In this document: positions 54,150 to 64,000 of the stretch, one piece after another | Position numbering within the stretch: position 1 is the stretch's first letter | Layout of the letters: each line of letters opens with the position of its first letter | Source of the DNA: a virus | DNA: 64,000 nt | Reading direction: 5' to 3' (one strand) | Virus record (IMG/VR): IMGVR_UViG_3300027708_000024 | Made by a program: the position numbers and the translations under genes | The notes under the pieces: model-generated | The model's input: only the letters and a program-made list of their open reading frames with translations | Told to the model about the DNA's origin: nothing | The model's database searches: none

Positions 54150-55151
54150 ATGAGCATTTATATTGACAGAAAATTCCTATTACTCCTATCTCCTCGGTTA
54201 GATAGGTTTGCCCAAAAGAAAGACGACCTCTATAACTTTAGGTGTCCTTTCTGTGGTGATTCACAAAAAAACAAATACAAAGCAAGAGGGTACATTTACA
54301 AGAAGAAGAATGATTACTTCTATAAATGCCAGAATTGCGGCGTTGGTCATACCATGTATAACTTCATCAAGTATATTGATCCAAGCATGGTAAAAGAATA
54401 TGCAATGGAACGATATGCAAATGGTGAGACAGGAAACAATAATTATCCTAAACCTACATTTGAAGAATTCAAAGCAAAACCAGAGTTTAAGAACACAATT
54501 AATCTTCCAACTATAGAATCATTACCGGATCAGCATCATGCTAGGGTGTATGTTCAATCGAGACAAATACCAGACGCACAATATTCCAATTTGTACTTTG
54601 CGGAAGATTTTAAGAAATTTGTAGAAGAAATTGGTGTAGAAAAAGAACTCAAAGAAAAAGATCAAAGACTGATTATTCCATTCTATAATCAACAAAAAGA
54701 ATTGGTTGCGTTTCAGGGTAGAGCATTGGGTGAATCTAAAATCAGATACATCACAATCAAATTACAAGACGATACAGACAAATTCTTTGGGGTTGATAGA
54801 GTAGACTGGACTAAAACGGTTTACGTCCTAGAGGGTCCCATAGACAGTATGTTCATTGAAAATTCTATTGCAACTGCCGACTCAAATCTTATGGCAGTTG
54901 GTAAAACAGACAATGTGGTACTAGTCTATGATAATGAACCTAGAAATAAAGATATAGTGAAAAATATTCAAAAGGCAATTGAAAATAATTTTTCCGTGTG
55001 TTTATGGCCTAAGACCATTGATTATAAAGACATTAATGAAATGATACTAGGTGGCATATCACCAGATGAAATTAAGAGTATTATAGATACACATACGTTC
55101 TCTGGACTTAGAGCAACATTAGAATTCACCAATTGGAAAATATGGAGTTAA
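54150..55151 (+). CDS. gp61: DNA primase gp61
   Basis: RCPFCGDS zinc finger, FQGRAL, EGPIDS, YDNEPRN, KDINEM. Confidence 0.96.
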   Translation: MSIYIDRKFLLLLSPRLDRFAQKKDDLYNFRCPFCGDSQKNKYKARGYIYKKKNDYFYKCQNCGVGHTMYNFIKYIDPSMVKEYAMERYANGETGNNNYPKPTFEEFKAKPEFKNTINLPTIESLPDQHHARVYVQSRQIPDAQYSNLYFAEDFKKFVEEIGVEKELKEKDQRLIIPFYNQQKELVAFQGRALGESKIRYITIKLQDDTDKFFGVDRVDWTKTVYVLEGPIDSMFIENSIATADSNLMAVGKTDNVVLVYDNEPRNKDIVKNIQKAIENNFSVCLWPKTIDYKDINEMILGGISPDEIKSIIDTHTFSGLRATLEFTNWKIWS

Positions 55152-55152
55152 A

Positions 55153-55824
55153 GTGAAAGTCGAACTATTATCATACACACAGTCTGCACAACATTTTGCA
55201 GAAAACATGACGGAACTGGTAGCATTTTGTGCCAGAGTTTCAAACCCGTCAAATCAAAACAACAAAGAAACCTCTGAGAAATTAATTAGATATTTGATTA
55301 ACCATCAGCACTGGTCACCACTAGAAATGGTGAGCATTTGTTTAGAGATAGAAACAACAAGAGATATCGCAAGACAGATTTTGCGTCACCGTAGTTTTTC
55401 TTTTCAGGAATTCAGTCAACGATATGCTGACCCTGTACAAGAACTTAGTTTTGAAGATAGATTGGCAAGATGGCAAGATACTAAAAATAGACAGAACAGT
55501 ATAGAAATTGATTTGGCAGATCCGGATCAAAGAGAAACAGCAAGAATTTGGAAAGAAATGCAAACTCATGTAATTAATGCTGCAAAGGAAGCATATATTT
55601 GGGCAGTCACTAATGGTATTGCAAAAGAACAAGCAAGAGCAGTATTACCCGAAGGCAATACACAATCAAGAATATACATGAATGGAACACTTCGTTCTTG
55701 GGTACACTACATACAACTCAGGAGTGAAAACGGAACACAAAAAGAACATCGTGAAATTGCTTTGGCATGTGCTGATGCTATTGAACCAATCTTTCCGATG
55801 ATTAGAGAATTTGTTACAAAATAA
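55153..55824 (+). CDS. thyX: Flavin-dependent thymidylate synthase
   Basis: RHRSFSFQEFSQRY. Confidence 0.95.
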   Translation: MKVELLSYTQSAQHFAENMTELVAFCARVSNPSNQNNKETSEKLIRYLINHQHWSPLEMVSICLEIETTRDIARQILRHRSFSFQEFSQRYADPVQELSFEDRLARWQDTKNRQNSIEIDLADPDQRETARIWKEMQTHVINAAKEAYIWAVTNGIAKEQARAVLPEGNTQSRIYMNGTLRSWVHYIQLRSENGTQKEHREIALACADAIEPIFPMIREFVTK

Positions 55825-55835
55825 TAAGGAAGCAT

Positions 55836-57620
55836 ATGGAATACCTAGGCATTACTATAGACTTGGAAAGAGATAAATTATTCGATGAACTCGGAATCAA
55901 ACGACTTAAAGAATCATACATGCGTGATGAGGAAACATCACCTCAAGAGAGATTTGCATTTGTATCTAAAGCATTTGGAAGTAATATCGAGCATTCACAG
56001 CGCCTTTACACCTATAGCAGTAAGCATTGGCTTTCTTATTCTACCCCTATATTGTCTTTTGGTCGTAGTAAGAGAGGTATGCCTATATCCTGTTTCCTTA
56101 ATTACATTGAAGATACTGCGGAGGGACTAGTTGACAATCTTTCAGAAACTAATTGGCTTTCTATGCTCGGCGGTGGTGTTGGGATTGGTTTTGGTATACG
56201 TTCGGCGGATGATAAATCTACTGGAGTTATGCCTCATCTCAAAATTTACGATGCTTCATCTTTGGCGTATCGTCAAGGTAGGACTCGTCGTGGTTCTTAT
56301 GCTGCTTATCTTGATGTTTCCCATCCAGATATTATTCCATTCTTAGAAATGCGTAAACCAACTGGAGATCAAAATCTAAGATGTTTGAATCTTCACCATG
56401 CAATCAATATCACTGATGACTTTATGCAGATTGTTGAAAATTGCATGTTAGATCCAAATATGAGTGATGACTGGCCACTGATTGACCCCAAAACAAAAGA
56501 AGTAAGAGAAGTTGTATCTGCAAAACATCTATGGCAGATGATTCTTGAATTACGAATGATGACAGGTGAACCATACCTGCATTTTATTGATGAATCGAAT
56601 CGTAAATTACCAGATTGGTTAAAAGATAAAGGTTTGAAAGTACACCAATCGAACCTGTGTAGTGAAATTATATTACCAACTAGTGAAGAACGAACAGCCG
56701 TATGTTGCTTATCGTCATTAAATTTGGAGACTTATGATGAATGGAAAAATGAACCAATGTTCCTCAGAGATGTTGCTGAGATGCTTGATAATGTGTTACA
56801 GTATTTTATTGATAACGCTCCTGACTCAATCAGCCGTGCAAAATATTCTGCATCCCGGGAACGTAGCATTGGTGTTGGTGCTCTCGGTTTTCACGCTTAC
56901 TTACAACGCAATGGTATTGCTTTTGAAGGTGTTATGGCCAAAGTTGCAAACAATAAAATCTTTAAATATATTAGAGAGGGATTAAATGAAGCAAATAAGG
57001 AACTTGGTGCCGAACGAGGCGAGGCTCCTGATGCTGTCGGTACTGGTAATAGGTTTTCTCATCTTATGGCCATTGCTCCTAACGCCAGTTCTTCCATCAT
57101 CATGGGTAATACTAGCCCTAGTGTTGAACCTTATCGGGCAAATGCTTACCGCCAGGATACTCTATCTGGTTCTTACTTAAACAAAAACAAATGGCTAGAT
57201 AAATTGATAAAAGAAAAAATAAATGATGAACAGGTTTATGCTGATGTTTGGTCAAGTATTATCGCTAACGATGGTTCTGTACAGCATCTAGATATTTTAG
57301 GCGAAAATGAAAAAGCAATATTCAAAACAAGTATGGAAATCGATCAACGTTGGGTCATCGACTTAGCAGCAGACAGACAACAATATATTGACCAAGCACA
57401 ATCACTTAATCTGTTTTTTAGACCAGATGCAAATATCAAATATGTACATGCAATTCATTTCATGGCATGGAAAAAAGGATTAAAGACATTGTACTACTGC
57501 CGTTCAGAGAAGATTGGTAAAGCAGATAAAGTATCAAAGAAAATTGAAAGACAAGTAATTAAAGAACTTGATATGACACAAATTGCACAGGGCAACGATT
57601 GTATAGCATGTGAAGGGTGA
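55836..57620 (+). CDS. nrdA: Class I ribonucleotide reductase alpha subunit (short, no ATP cone)
   Basis: SCFL, SNLCSEI, APNASSS, KTLYY, CIACEG. Confidence 0.95.
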   Translation: MEYLGITIDLERDKLFDELGIKRLKESYMRDEETSPQERFAFVSKAFGSNIEHSQRLYTYSSKHWLSYSTPILSFGRSKRGMPISCFLNYIEDTAEGLVDNLSETNWLSMLGGGVGIGFGIRSADDKSTGVMPHLKIYDASSLAYRQGRTRRGSYAAYLDVSHPDIIPFLEMRKPTGDQNLRCLNLHHAINITDDFMQIVENCMLDPNMSDDWPLIDPKTKEVREVVSAKHLWQMILELRMMTGEPYLHFIDESNRKLPDWLKDKGLKVHQSNLCSEIILPTSEERTAVCCLSSLNLETYDEWKNEPMFLRDVAEMLDNVLQYFIDNAPDSISRAKYSASRERSIGVGALGFHAYLQRNGIAFEGVMAKVANNKIFKYIREGLNEANKELGAERGEAPDAVGTGNRFSHLMAIAPNASSSIIMGNTSPSVEPYRANAYRQDTLSGSYLNKNKWLDKLIKEKINDEQVYADVWSSIIANDGSVQHLDILGENEKAIFKTSMEIDQRWVIDLAADRQQYIDQAQSLNLFFRPDANIKYVHAIHFMAWKKGLKTLYYCRSEKIGKADKVSKKIERQVIKELDMTQIAQGNDCIACEG

Positions 57621-57621
57621 T

Positions 57622-58266
57622 ATGAAAACAATTGCAATGTTTATGCACCAACCTTATTGCTCCGTGCAATCGGGTAACGGTATAATCAAAGCTTTAACTC
57701 CAAATTATAGATTTAAAATATTTACAAAACATGAAATGGAAAGTGATTTTTTTGATGATGTAGATATGATTTGCATTCCTGGTGGCATAGGTGATGTTAG
57801 TAAGTTTGATATGTGTTCAAATGCTAATGGAAATAGTATTCGGCAGTTTGTACAAAACGGTGGAAAATATTTAGGAATTTGCATGGGTGGGTATTGGGCA
57901 GGTCCTAATTACTTTAACCTTCTGCCTGAAGAATGTGATGTTGTTCAATATATCACGCAACCCAATACCGATACAAGACGCCCTCATGCCAAAAATTTAG
58001 AAGTTATTTGGAATGGTAGACGGGAACAAATGTATTTCTATGATGGATTTGCAGTAACTGGAAATGAAAATAATTTTGAAGTAGTAGGGAGATATATGAA
58101 TAGTGATCCAATGGCTATAATCAAAGATAATATAGGATTGATTGCTTGTCATTTAGAAAGTGAACCACATTGGTATAATTCTTACAGTTGGATGAAAGGT
58201 AAGTATCATGATGGCCAGCATTATGAATTATTATTAGAATTTGTTGATAAATTGATGGAGAAGTGA
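57622..58266 (+). CDS. Class I glutamine amidotransferase-like (BPL_N-type) protein
   Basis: IPGG, GGKYLGICMG, HLE. Confidence 0.7.
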   Translation: MKTIAMFMHQPYCSVQSGNGIIKALTPNYRFKIFTKHEMESDFFDDVDMICIPGGIGDVSKFDMCSNANGNSIRQFVQNGGKYLGICMGGYWAGPNYFNLLPEECDVVQYITQPNTDTRRPHAKNLEVIWNGRREQMYFYDGFAVTGNENNFEVVGRYMNSDPMAIIKDNIGLIACHLESEPHWYNSYSWMKGKYHDGQHYELLLEFVDKLMEK

Positions 58267-58267
58267 T

Positions 58268-58420
58268 ATGGTAATTTTAGAATTATTGGTTGGAGGTTTC
58301 TTTTCAGCACTCGGTTGGTGGGGTGCAAATCACTATGTTGTTGAACCATATTTTCCTCCCGCAATAGAAAAGAAAAAAGAAGAACCAAAAAAACAAGAAC
58401 CCAAAGATGCGGTAGAATAA
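58268..58420 (+). CDS. Small membrane-anchored protein (50 aa, not in ORF track)
   Basis: GGAG SD; MVILELLVGGFFSALGWWGA... Confidence 0.55.
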   Translation: MVILELLVGGFFSALGWWGANHYVVEPYFPPAIEKKKEEPKKQEPKDAVE

Positions 58421-58446
58421 TAGAAAAGAAAAAAGAGGAAAAATAA

Positions 58447-59229
58447 ATGCATTACAGAAGCATATTCATTAGTGATGTGCATTTGGGAACTAAAGATTGT
58501 AAAGCAGAAGCATTAAATAATTTTTTAAAAAACAATACATGTGATACCTTATATCTTGTTGGTGACATAATCGATGCTTGGAAAATACAACAGAATAAGT
58601 GGAGATGGAAACAAAGTCACACCAATGTTGTGAGACGAATCATGGGCCACGCCAAACGTGGAACTAGGGTAATATATGTTGCTGGGAATCATGATGAATT
58701 TTTAAGACCATTAATTCCATACGGTATTGGTTTTGGTCTAATTGAAGTTTGTAATCAAATAGAACATATCGGCATTGATGGCAAACATTATCTAGTCACA
58801 CACGGCGATTTGTTTGATGGTATAACAAGACTTGCTCCATGGTTAGGATTCTTAGGAGATAAACTATATGACCTTATTCTCAGTATTAACAGCCGTTATA
58901 ATTGGATTCGCCATAGGATGGGTTTTGGTTATTGGAGTCTATCTAAGTATCTCAAGCATCGAGTCAAAAAAGCCGTGGACTTTATTTTTCAGTTTGAGCT
59001 TAATCTTGCTAGCTATTGCCGCAAGCGTGGTTTCGATGGAGTCATTTGCGGGCATATACATCATGCAGAAATAAAAGAGATAAATGGTGTAACATATATG
59101 AATGATGGTGATTGGGTTGAATCTTGTACTGCTCTTGTTGAACATGTGACTGGTGAATGGGAAATAGTTACTTGGACAAAGGAGAGAGACAATGTGGTTA
59201 CTGATACTGATAGCAGTAAACATGAATAA
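58447..59229 (+). CDS. LpxH-like (UDP-2,3-diacylglucosamine hydrolase family) metallophosphoesterase
   Basis: ISDVHLG, GDIID, GNHD, HGDLFD, CGHIH, NDGDWVES. Confidence 0.8.
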   Translation: MHYRSIFISDVHLGTKDCKAEALNNFLKNNTCDTLYLVGDIIDAWKIQQNKWRWKQSHTNVVRRIMGHAKRGTRVIYVAGNHDEFLRPLIPYGIGFGLIEVCNQIEHIGIDGKHYLVTHGDLFDGITRLAPWLGFLGDKLYDLILSINSRYNWIRHRMGFGYWSLSKYLKHRVKKAVDFIFQFELNLASYCRKRGFDGVICGHIHHAEIKEINGVTYMNDGDWVESCTALVEHVTGEWEIVTWTKERDNVVTDTDSSKHE

Positions 59230-59365
59230 TTCAAAAGATCAACCGGGAAGAGTAGAACTGACATTTCAGGATCAAAAAACCTGCGAACAAGTATTATCTA
59301 CAATGAGATATGATTTAAAGTTCAAGACTTTTAAAGTCGAAGGTGAATGTAAAAAACAAGGTTGA
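59192..59365 (+). CDS. Small exported protein (57 aa, not in ORF track)
   Basis: AAGGAG SD; MWLLILIAV, two Cys. Confidence 0.55.
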   Translation: MWLLILIAVNMNNSKDQPGRVELTFQDQKTCEQVLSTMRYDLKFKTFKVEGECKKQG

Positions 59366-59432
59366 AATATAAAGGAAATACTTACCAAAACTAAATAGCT
59401 GACTAGGGACATAACAATGGAAAATAAGAATA

Positions 59433-60206
59433 ATGGATCCATTAACTCTCTTTGCTCTGGCCAACGGTGCGGTAAATGCAATAAAACAGGGCTGCAAACT
59501 TTATAAAGAGATTAAAGGTGCAGCCGGTGATATTAAAGGCGTACTTGCGGATCTTGATGACCAGTTTCGTAATGCACATAAAGATCGACCCCCAACAATT
59601 GCTGAACATAATCAGTATATTGAGGAAAAAAATCGAGTAATAAATTTAAATAAACGTGACGGGGAAACTACCAATATCTATCAAGAAATTGGTGATCAAC
59701 TAGGTGCCTATTATGACAACTATTATAAATGTATGGCAATATTTGAGGAAGAAGAATACCGCAGTCATACCGAAGTTTATACCGGTGATGAAAGCATAGG
59801 CAAGCGTGCCCTAAAACGGGTATTGATGCGTAAACAGTTACAACAAATGGAAACTGAAATACGTGAACTGATGGTATATCAATGCCCAGCTGAACTTGGT
59901 GCTCTTTATACAGAAGTTGAGAAAATGATGAAAGAGATGGGAAAAGAACAAGCGGTATTGATTGCTCAGGCTATGCGTCAAAAAATCATAGACGATAGGC
60001 TCCGACACAAAAGACGCCGTAAAATGTTCAATAAACTAGCATGTAATTCCGTAGTGGTCATAGCAATTCTATTTTCTATTTTTATATTCTCTTGGGTTAT
60101 TAAAGAGAGAATTGAAAGATTTCCAGAATACGGTAACTGTGTCCCACCAAGAGGAACATGGTTATATAGGCAATGGACGAATACCATTTGGGCCACTTGT
60201 GAATAA
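59433..60206 (+). CDS. Helical hypothetical protein with C-terminal TM
   Basis: MDPLTLFALA N-terminus, coiled coil, TM. Confidence 0.6.
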   Translation: MDPLTLFALANGAVNAIKQGCKLYKEIKGAAGDIKGVLADLDDQFRNAHKDRPPTIAEHNQYIEEKNRVINLNKRDGETTNIYQEIGDQLGAYYDNYYKCMAIFEEEEYRSHTEVYTGDESIGKRALKRVLMRKQLQQMETEIRELMVYQCPAELGALYTEVEKMMKEMGKEQAVLIAQAMRQKIIDDRLRHKRRRKMFNKLACNSVVVIAILFSIFIFSWVIKERIERFPEYGNCVPPRGTWLYRQWTNTIWATCE

Positions 60207-60249
60207 AGATGAATTGTGTTATACTATTAATTTAATAAAGGTGAAATAG

Positions 60250-60411
60250 ATGGAAAATAAAGACTATACAAATTTTGCAGTACAAAAAAAAGTGTTATTA
60301 GATTATTTGCAGGTGATGATTGTAATGGAAGATTGGCATGGTGTATCTGATGTCGCAAATGATCTTCGTGAATTGGAAGCAAAAAATAATAACGATTACA
60401 AAAGTAAATGA
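60250..60411 (+). CDS. Small hypothetical protein (53 aa, not in ORF track)
   Basis: AAGGTG SD; MENKDYTNFAVQKKVLLDYLQVMIVMEDWHGVSDVANDLRELE. Confidence 0.65.
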   Translation: MENKDYTNFAVQKKVLLDYLQVMIVMEDWHGVSDVANDLRELEAKNNNDYKSK

Positions 60412-60412
60412 G

Positions 60413-61405
60413 ATGATAAAAAAAACTACCAATAATGTAACAGAAGAAAGAAATTATTTTAAACCATTCAACTACCCATGGGCATACAATGCCTGGTTGA
60501 AACATGAACAGTCCCATTGGTTGCATACTGAAGTTCCAATGTCAGAAGATGTGAACGATTGGAAAAAGAAATTATCAAAAGAAGAAAAACAATTCTTAAC
60601 GCATATCTTTAGATTCTTTACACAAGGTGATATTGATGTTGCTGGTGGATATGTCAAAAACTATTTACCATATTTCAGTCAACCAGAAGTACGAATGATG
60701 CTACTTGGATTTGCTGCCAGAGAGGCTCTACACGTTGCTGCATACTCGCACCTCATTGAAACGCTAGGCCTCCCAGAGACTACGTATAATGAATTCTTAG
60801 AGTATTCCGAGATGAAAGAGAAACACGATTATCTACTTGATGTATCCATGCAAGGTGGATCAAGTAGTGACATTGCTACTCATATTGCCGTATTCTCTGC
60901 TTTCACCGAAGGAATGCAACTATTCAGTTCTTTTATTATGTTACTTAACTTTCCACGCCACGGTAAAATGAAAGGTATGGGTCAGATAGTAACATGGTCA
61001 ATTGTAGATGAGACACAACATTGTGAATCGATGATTAAACTGTTTAGGACATACATAGAAGAAAATAAAGAAATTTGGAATGACGAATTGAAATCTAAAA
61101 TTTATTCTATTGCAGAAAGAATGGTAGAACTTGAAGATAAATTTATCGACCTTGCGTTTAGTATGGGACCAATGGAAGGACTCGATTCTGCTGACGTTAA
61201 GCAGTATATCCGCTACATTGCTGATCGTAGGCTCATTAGCCTTGGTCTTAAAGGCATCAATAAAGTAAAACGTAATCCATTACCATGGGTTGAAGAAATG
61301 ATTAACGCACCAACACATACCAATTTTTTCGAAAATCGTGCAACAGATTATGCAAAAGGTGCTTTGAGTGGTGATTGGTCAGATGTGTGGGCCAAAGCAG
61401 CATAA
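60413..61405 (+). CDS. nrdB: Class I ribonucleotide reductase beta subunit
   Basis: FFTQGD, EALH..AY, EGMQLFSSF, DETQH, NFFE. Confidence 0.95.
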   Translation: MIKKTTNNVTEERNYFKPFNYPWAYNAWLKHEQSHWLHTEVPMSEDVNDWKKKLSKEEKQFLTHIFRFFTQGDIDVAGGYVKNYLPYFSQPEVRMMLLGFAAREALHVAAYSHLIETLGLPETTYNEFLEYSEMKEKHDYLLDVSMQGGSSSDIATHIAVFSAFTEGMQLFSSFIMLLNFPRHGKMKGMGQIVTWSIVDETQHCESMIKLFRTYIEENKEIWNDELKSKIYSIAERMVELEDKFIDLAFSMGPMEGLDSADVKQYIRYIADRRLISLGLKGINKVKRNPLPWVEEMINAPTHTNFFENRATDYAKGALSGDWSDVWAKAA

Positions 61406-61420
61406 CACTAAAGGACTAAA

Positions 61421-61609
61421 ATGTCAGTTAAAATAATTTCAGGTAATTGTCACGAATGCGAATCATCTTTTGATGTTCAGTATGTTGAACAATTAGTTTC
61501 CCAAGAGATGCCCGAACACTGCCCATTCTGCGGAGAAGTCATTGACGATATCATCGATGAATATATAGATGAAGAAGATGACTTTGATGAGAATGAGGAA
61601 TGGAAATAA
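61421..61609 (+). CDS. Small zinc-ribbon protein
   Basis: CHEC...CPFCG, acidic tail. Confidence 0.7.
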   Translation: MSVKIISGNCHECESSFDVQYVEQLVSQEMPEHCPFCGEVIDDIIDEYIDEEDDFDENEEWK

Positions 61610-62043
61610 ATTGGAAGTATAAAGGTGCCGATTTTACTGACGACTTGATTGGTGATAACTACGGTTTCGTCTATATCATTACGAATATAGCGAACAATAA
61701 AAAATACATAGGCAAGAAATTATTTTACTCTGCCAAAACCAAACAAGTCAACGGTAAAAAAAAGAAAACGAAAGTTGGAAGTAATTGGCAGAAATATTAT
61801 GGATCGAATGACAATCTCATAAAAGATGTGTTATCATTAGGTAGTGAAAACTTTAGTCGAGAAATAATTCACTTGTGTAAATCTAAAGGTGAGTGTAATT
61901 ATCTTGAGGCAAAAGAACAGTTCACCAGGTGTGTATTGGAGTCGGAAGAATATTACAATACATGGATAATGGTAAGAGTGCATAAGGCACATATAAAGGC
62001 ATATAATGACCGCATCACTAAAGGAGATGGTGAAAGAACTTAA
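61600..62043 (+). CDS. GIY-YIG endonuclease (endonuclease II/Seg-like)
   Basis: GFVYIITN....KYIGKK, YYGS, YYN. Confidence 0.85.
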   Translation: MEINWKYKGADFTDDLIGDNYGFVYIITNIANNKKYIGKKLFYSAKTKQVNGKKKKTKVGSNWQKYYGSNDNLIKDVLSLGSENFSREIIHLCKSKGECNYLEAKEQFTRCVLESEEYYNTWIMVRVHKAHIKAYNDRITKGDGERT

Positions 62044-62362
62044 TTCGGTTAAGTTTGATGGTATAATGTTTGTTCCTCATCCTGATAAAGATAATGCTCA
62101 TCATGTTGAAACATTCCAATATATTGATTCTGGTGATAAATTGGGTGGTAGTGAATTGGGTGATGAATATGAAATTATCACATTTAAAGAAGATGGTGAT
62201 GGACCTAAACACAAAGATCGATTCTCGGCAATATTGATTGATCCATCAGAATATGTGGTAAGAATGATCGATTGTGACTTTTTTGGTGTTGTCGGAAAGA
62301 AAACAACCACATCGGAAAAATTCTTTGATGATATTTACCAAAAATTGGAAGAGTGGGCTTGA
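62006..62362 (+). CDS. Hypothetical protein
   Basis: ORF; alternative start 62027 after AAGGAG. Confidence 0.55.
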   Translation: MTASLKEMVKELNSVKFDGIMFVPHPDKDNAHHVETFQYIDSGDKLGGSELGDEYEIITFKEDGDGPKHKDRFSAILIDPSEYVVRMIDCDFFGVVGKKTTTSEKFFDDIYQKLEEWA

Positions 62363-62414
62363 CAAAAGACATAAAGTGTAGTAATATAGTCAGACTTACT
62401 CATTAGGAATTATT

Positions 62415-63269
62415 ATGATACTCGTTGATTTGAATCAGGTCTTATTATCTGGTCTAATGGCACAGATTGCAGGACAAAAAGGTGTAAAGATTGAAGAAGG
62501 TCTTGTACGCCATATGGTTATGAATATCCTCAGAACTCATGTCAAAAATTTCAAATCAGAATATGGCGATGTTGTGCTGTGTTGTGATAATAGAAAGTAT
62601 TGGCGCAAAGAAGTTTTCCCCCTATACAAAGCAGGTCGCAAAAAGGCTAGAGATAAGTCTGACCTCGATTGGCATCTGATATTTGATACACTATCAGTTA
62701 TTAAAGCAGAACTCAAAGAATACTTACCATACAAGACAATTGATGTTGACGGTGCAGAAGCAGATGATATCATCGGCACACTAGTACCACGTTATGCACA
62801 ATCAGAAAAGATTTTGATTCTATCAAGTGATGGTGATTTTCTACAATTGCAGAAATATGGTCCGAATGTTAAGCAATATAATCCATCGTTGAAGAAATAT
62901 ATCAAATCAATTGATCCAGAAACTGAACTGAAAGAAAAAATCATCCGCGGTGATAAAGGTGATGGCATACCAAACATCCTTTCTCCTGCTGATACCTTTG
63001 TTCGTGAGTTGAGACAAAAAGCAATTACTGCAAAAAAGATAGAAGAACTGATTGCGATTGATTATTCAGATAAAACACTTGCAGAAGATTTGCAACATGG
63101 ATTCTCACGCAATCAAACTCTGATTGATTTGTCTTATATACCAAAAGAAATCAAAGAAGCAATTATACATACATATGATAATACTGAAGTGCCTTCTCGT
63201 AGTAAGTTGTTGACTTACTTTATCGATAAGAAATTGAAAAACTTAATGGATGTTATAGAGGAATACTAA
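62415..63269 (+). CDS. rnh: RNase H / 5'-3' exonuclease
   Basis: ILVD, YWRK, YKAGR, EADDII, SSDGDF, GDKGDGIPN. Confidence 0.95.
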   Translation: MILVDLNQVLLSGLMAQIAGQKGVKIEEGLVRHMVMNILRTHVKNFKSEYGDVVLCCDNRKYWRKEVFPLYKAGRKKARDKSDLDWHLIFDTLSVIKAELKEYLPYKTIDVDGAEADDIIGTLVPRYAQSEKILILSSDGDFLQLQKYGPNVKQYNPSLKKYIKSIDPETELKEKIIRGDKGDGIPNILSPADTFVRELRQKAITAKKIEELIAIDYSDKTLAEDLQHGFSRNQTLIDLSYIPKEIKEAIIHTYDNTEVPSRSKLLTYFIDKKLKNLMDVIEEY

Positions 63270-63694
63270 TGATTTATAATTTGTATGAAATATTTGATGC
63301 GTTTGAATTGGCAGAGACAAAAGACGCAAAAAAACAGGTTTTGTTAAATAATAACAGTAAACTATTGCAGCAAACCTTGCAGTTAGTATTTGATCCAAAG
63401 TATGAGTTTTATTTCAAAAAAATGCCAACCGAGTATATTAAACCTGATACCATTCCAGGAATTAGATTTGCAGGACTAGAAACAGAATTACGTAGGTTGT
63501 ATCTTTTCCAAAAAGGAAATGAAACAGCAGACAAATTAAGCGAACAAAAAAGAAAAGAACTATTTTTGCAAATTGCCGAAGCACTAGAACCAAGAGAAGC
63601 TGAAATACTTATCAATATTATGAAAAAAGACCTTGGGGTAAAAGGCTTGACAGCAAAATTCGTCAAAGATACTTTCCCTGGTCTTATTCCATGA
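63269..63694 (+). CDS. Conserved T4-like hypothetical protein
   Basis: E.RRLY.F, KR.ELF.Q..E.L.P.EA, VK..FP.L. Confidence 0.7.
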   Translation: MIYNLYEIFDAFELAETKDAKKQVLLNNNSKLLQQTLQLVFDPKYEFYFKKMPTEYIKPDTIPGIRFAGLETELRRLYLFQKGNETADKLSEQKRKELFLQIAEALEPREAEILINIMKKDLGVKGLTAKFVKDTFPGLIP

Positions 63695-64000
63695 CAAGAA
63701 AAGAAAAAATCACCATACTTACAGGAACATACGATCCGGTAACTGTCTCCGACCTACATAAAATAAAAAAAGCAAAAGCCAATTGTGATATCCTAGTTAT
63801 TGGAATTCACAGTGATTATTGGTTGCTTAATAATATTGGTGGGTATTTTTTAGAATATGAAGATAGGAGAGAAATAGTTGAGAGTTTGAAAGAAGTAGAT
63901 GAAGTGTTTACATATGATGATCGAATTGATAATGTGCAATTGATAAAGTTAGTTAAGATATGTTACCCAAATTCAGAAATATTATATATCTGTGAGACAC
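63691..64000 (+). CDS. Cytidylyltransferase-like protein (TagD/RfaE family), partial
   Basis: TGTYDP, D.LVIGIHSD, R..IVESLK.VDEVF; HxGH replaced by TVSD. Confidence 0.65.
   Translation, partial: MTRKEKITILTGTYDPVTVSDLHKIKKAKANCDILVIGIHSDYWLLNNIGGYFLEYEDRREIVESLKEVDEVFTYDDRIDNVQLIKLVKICYPNSEILYICET

Noticed and set aside
60338-60412. Track start of nrdB at 60338
   Set aside because: Overlaps the 60250-60411 gene; ATG 60413 right after its stop fits better.
24723-61405. Introns or inteins in gp43, gp41, thyX, nrdA or nrdB
   Set aside because: All are continuous, of normal or short length, with no splicing motifs.
61600-62043. GIY-YIG gene as a mobile homing endonuclease
   Set aside because: Short, with no extra DNA-binding domain, and positioned after nrdB like a core endonuclease II-type gene.
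322-63666. Numerous minus-strand ORFs in the track
   Set aside because: All are antisense shadows of well-supported plus-strand genes, without motifs or RBS.

Overview
This is a 64-kb segment of a large, AT-rich T4-like myophage genome. Genes lie almost entirely on the + strand and use the standard code; lipoprotein spanins imply a Gram-negative host. Order: head module (gp21, gp22, gp23, gp3); recombination and late transcription (uvsY, uvsW, gp55, gp47, gp46); peptide deformylase, a 2OG-Fe(II) hydroxylase and a DNA amino-methyltransferase; replisome (gp1, gp45, gp44, gp62, regA, gp43, uvsX, gp41, gp61, rnh); hsp20 behind a structured leader; a 9-tRNA array with GroES and unidentified structured RNAs; a glycan-biosynthesis island; His-rich putative head-internal proteins; a lysis cassette; and thyX/nrdAB. 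The most striking signal lies in front of the tRNA array. A sigma70 promoter drives an unannotated 31-codon leader ORF (22051-22146) that uses 30 different codons and 19 of 20 amino acids. Its 3' end forms an antiterminator that is mutually exclusive with the intrinsic terminator just before the first tRNA. This looks like a pan-codon translation-sensing attenuator that would turn on phage tRNAs when host translation or any host tRNA fails. The architecture is read directly from the sequence; the mechanism is inferred and untested. Product calls come from motifs and synteny by eye, not database searches.
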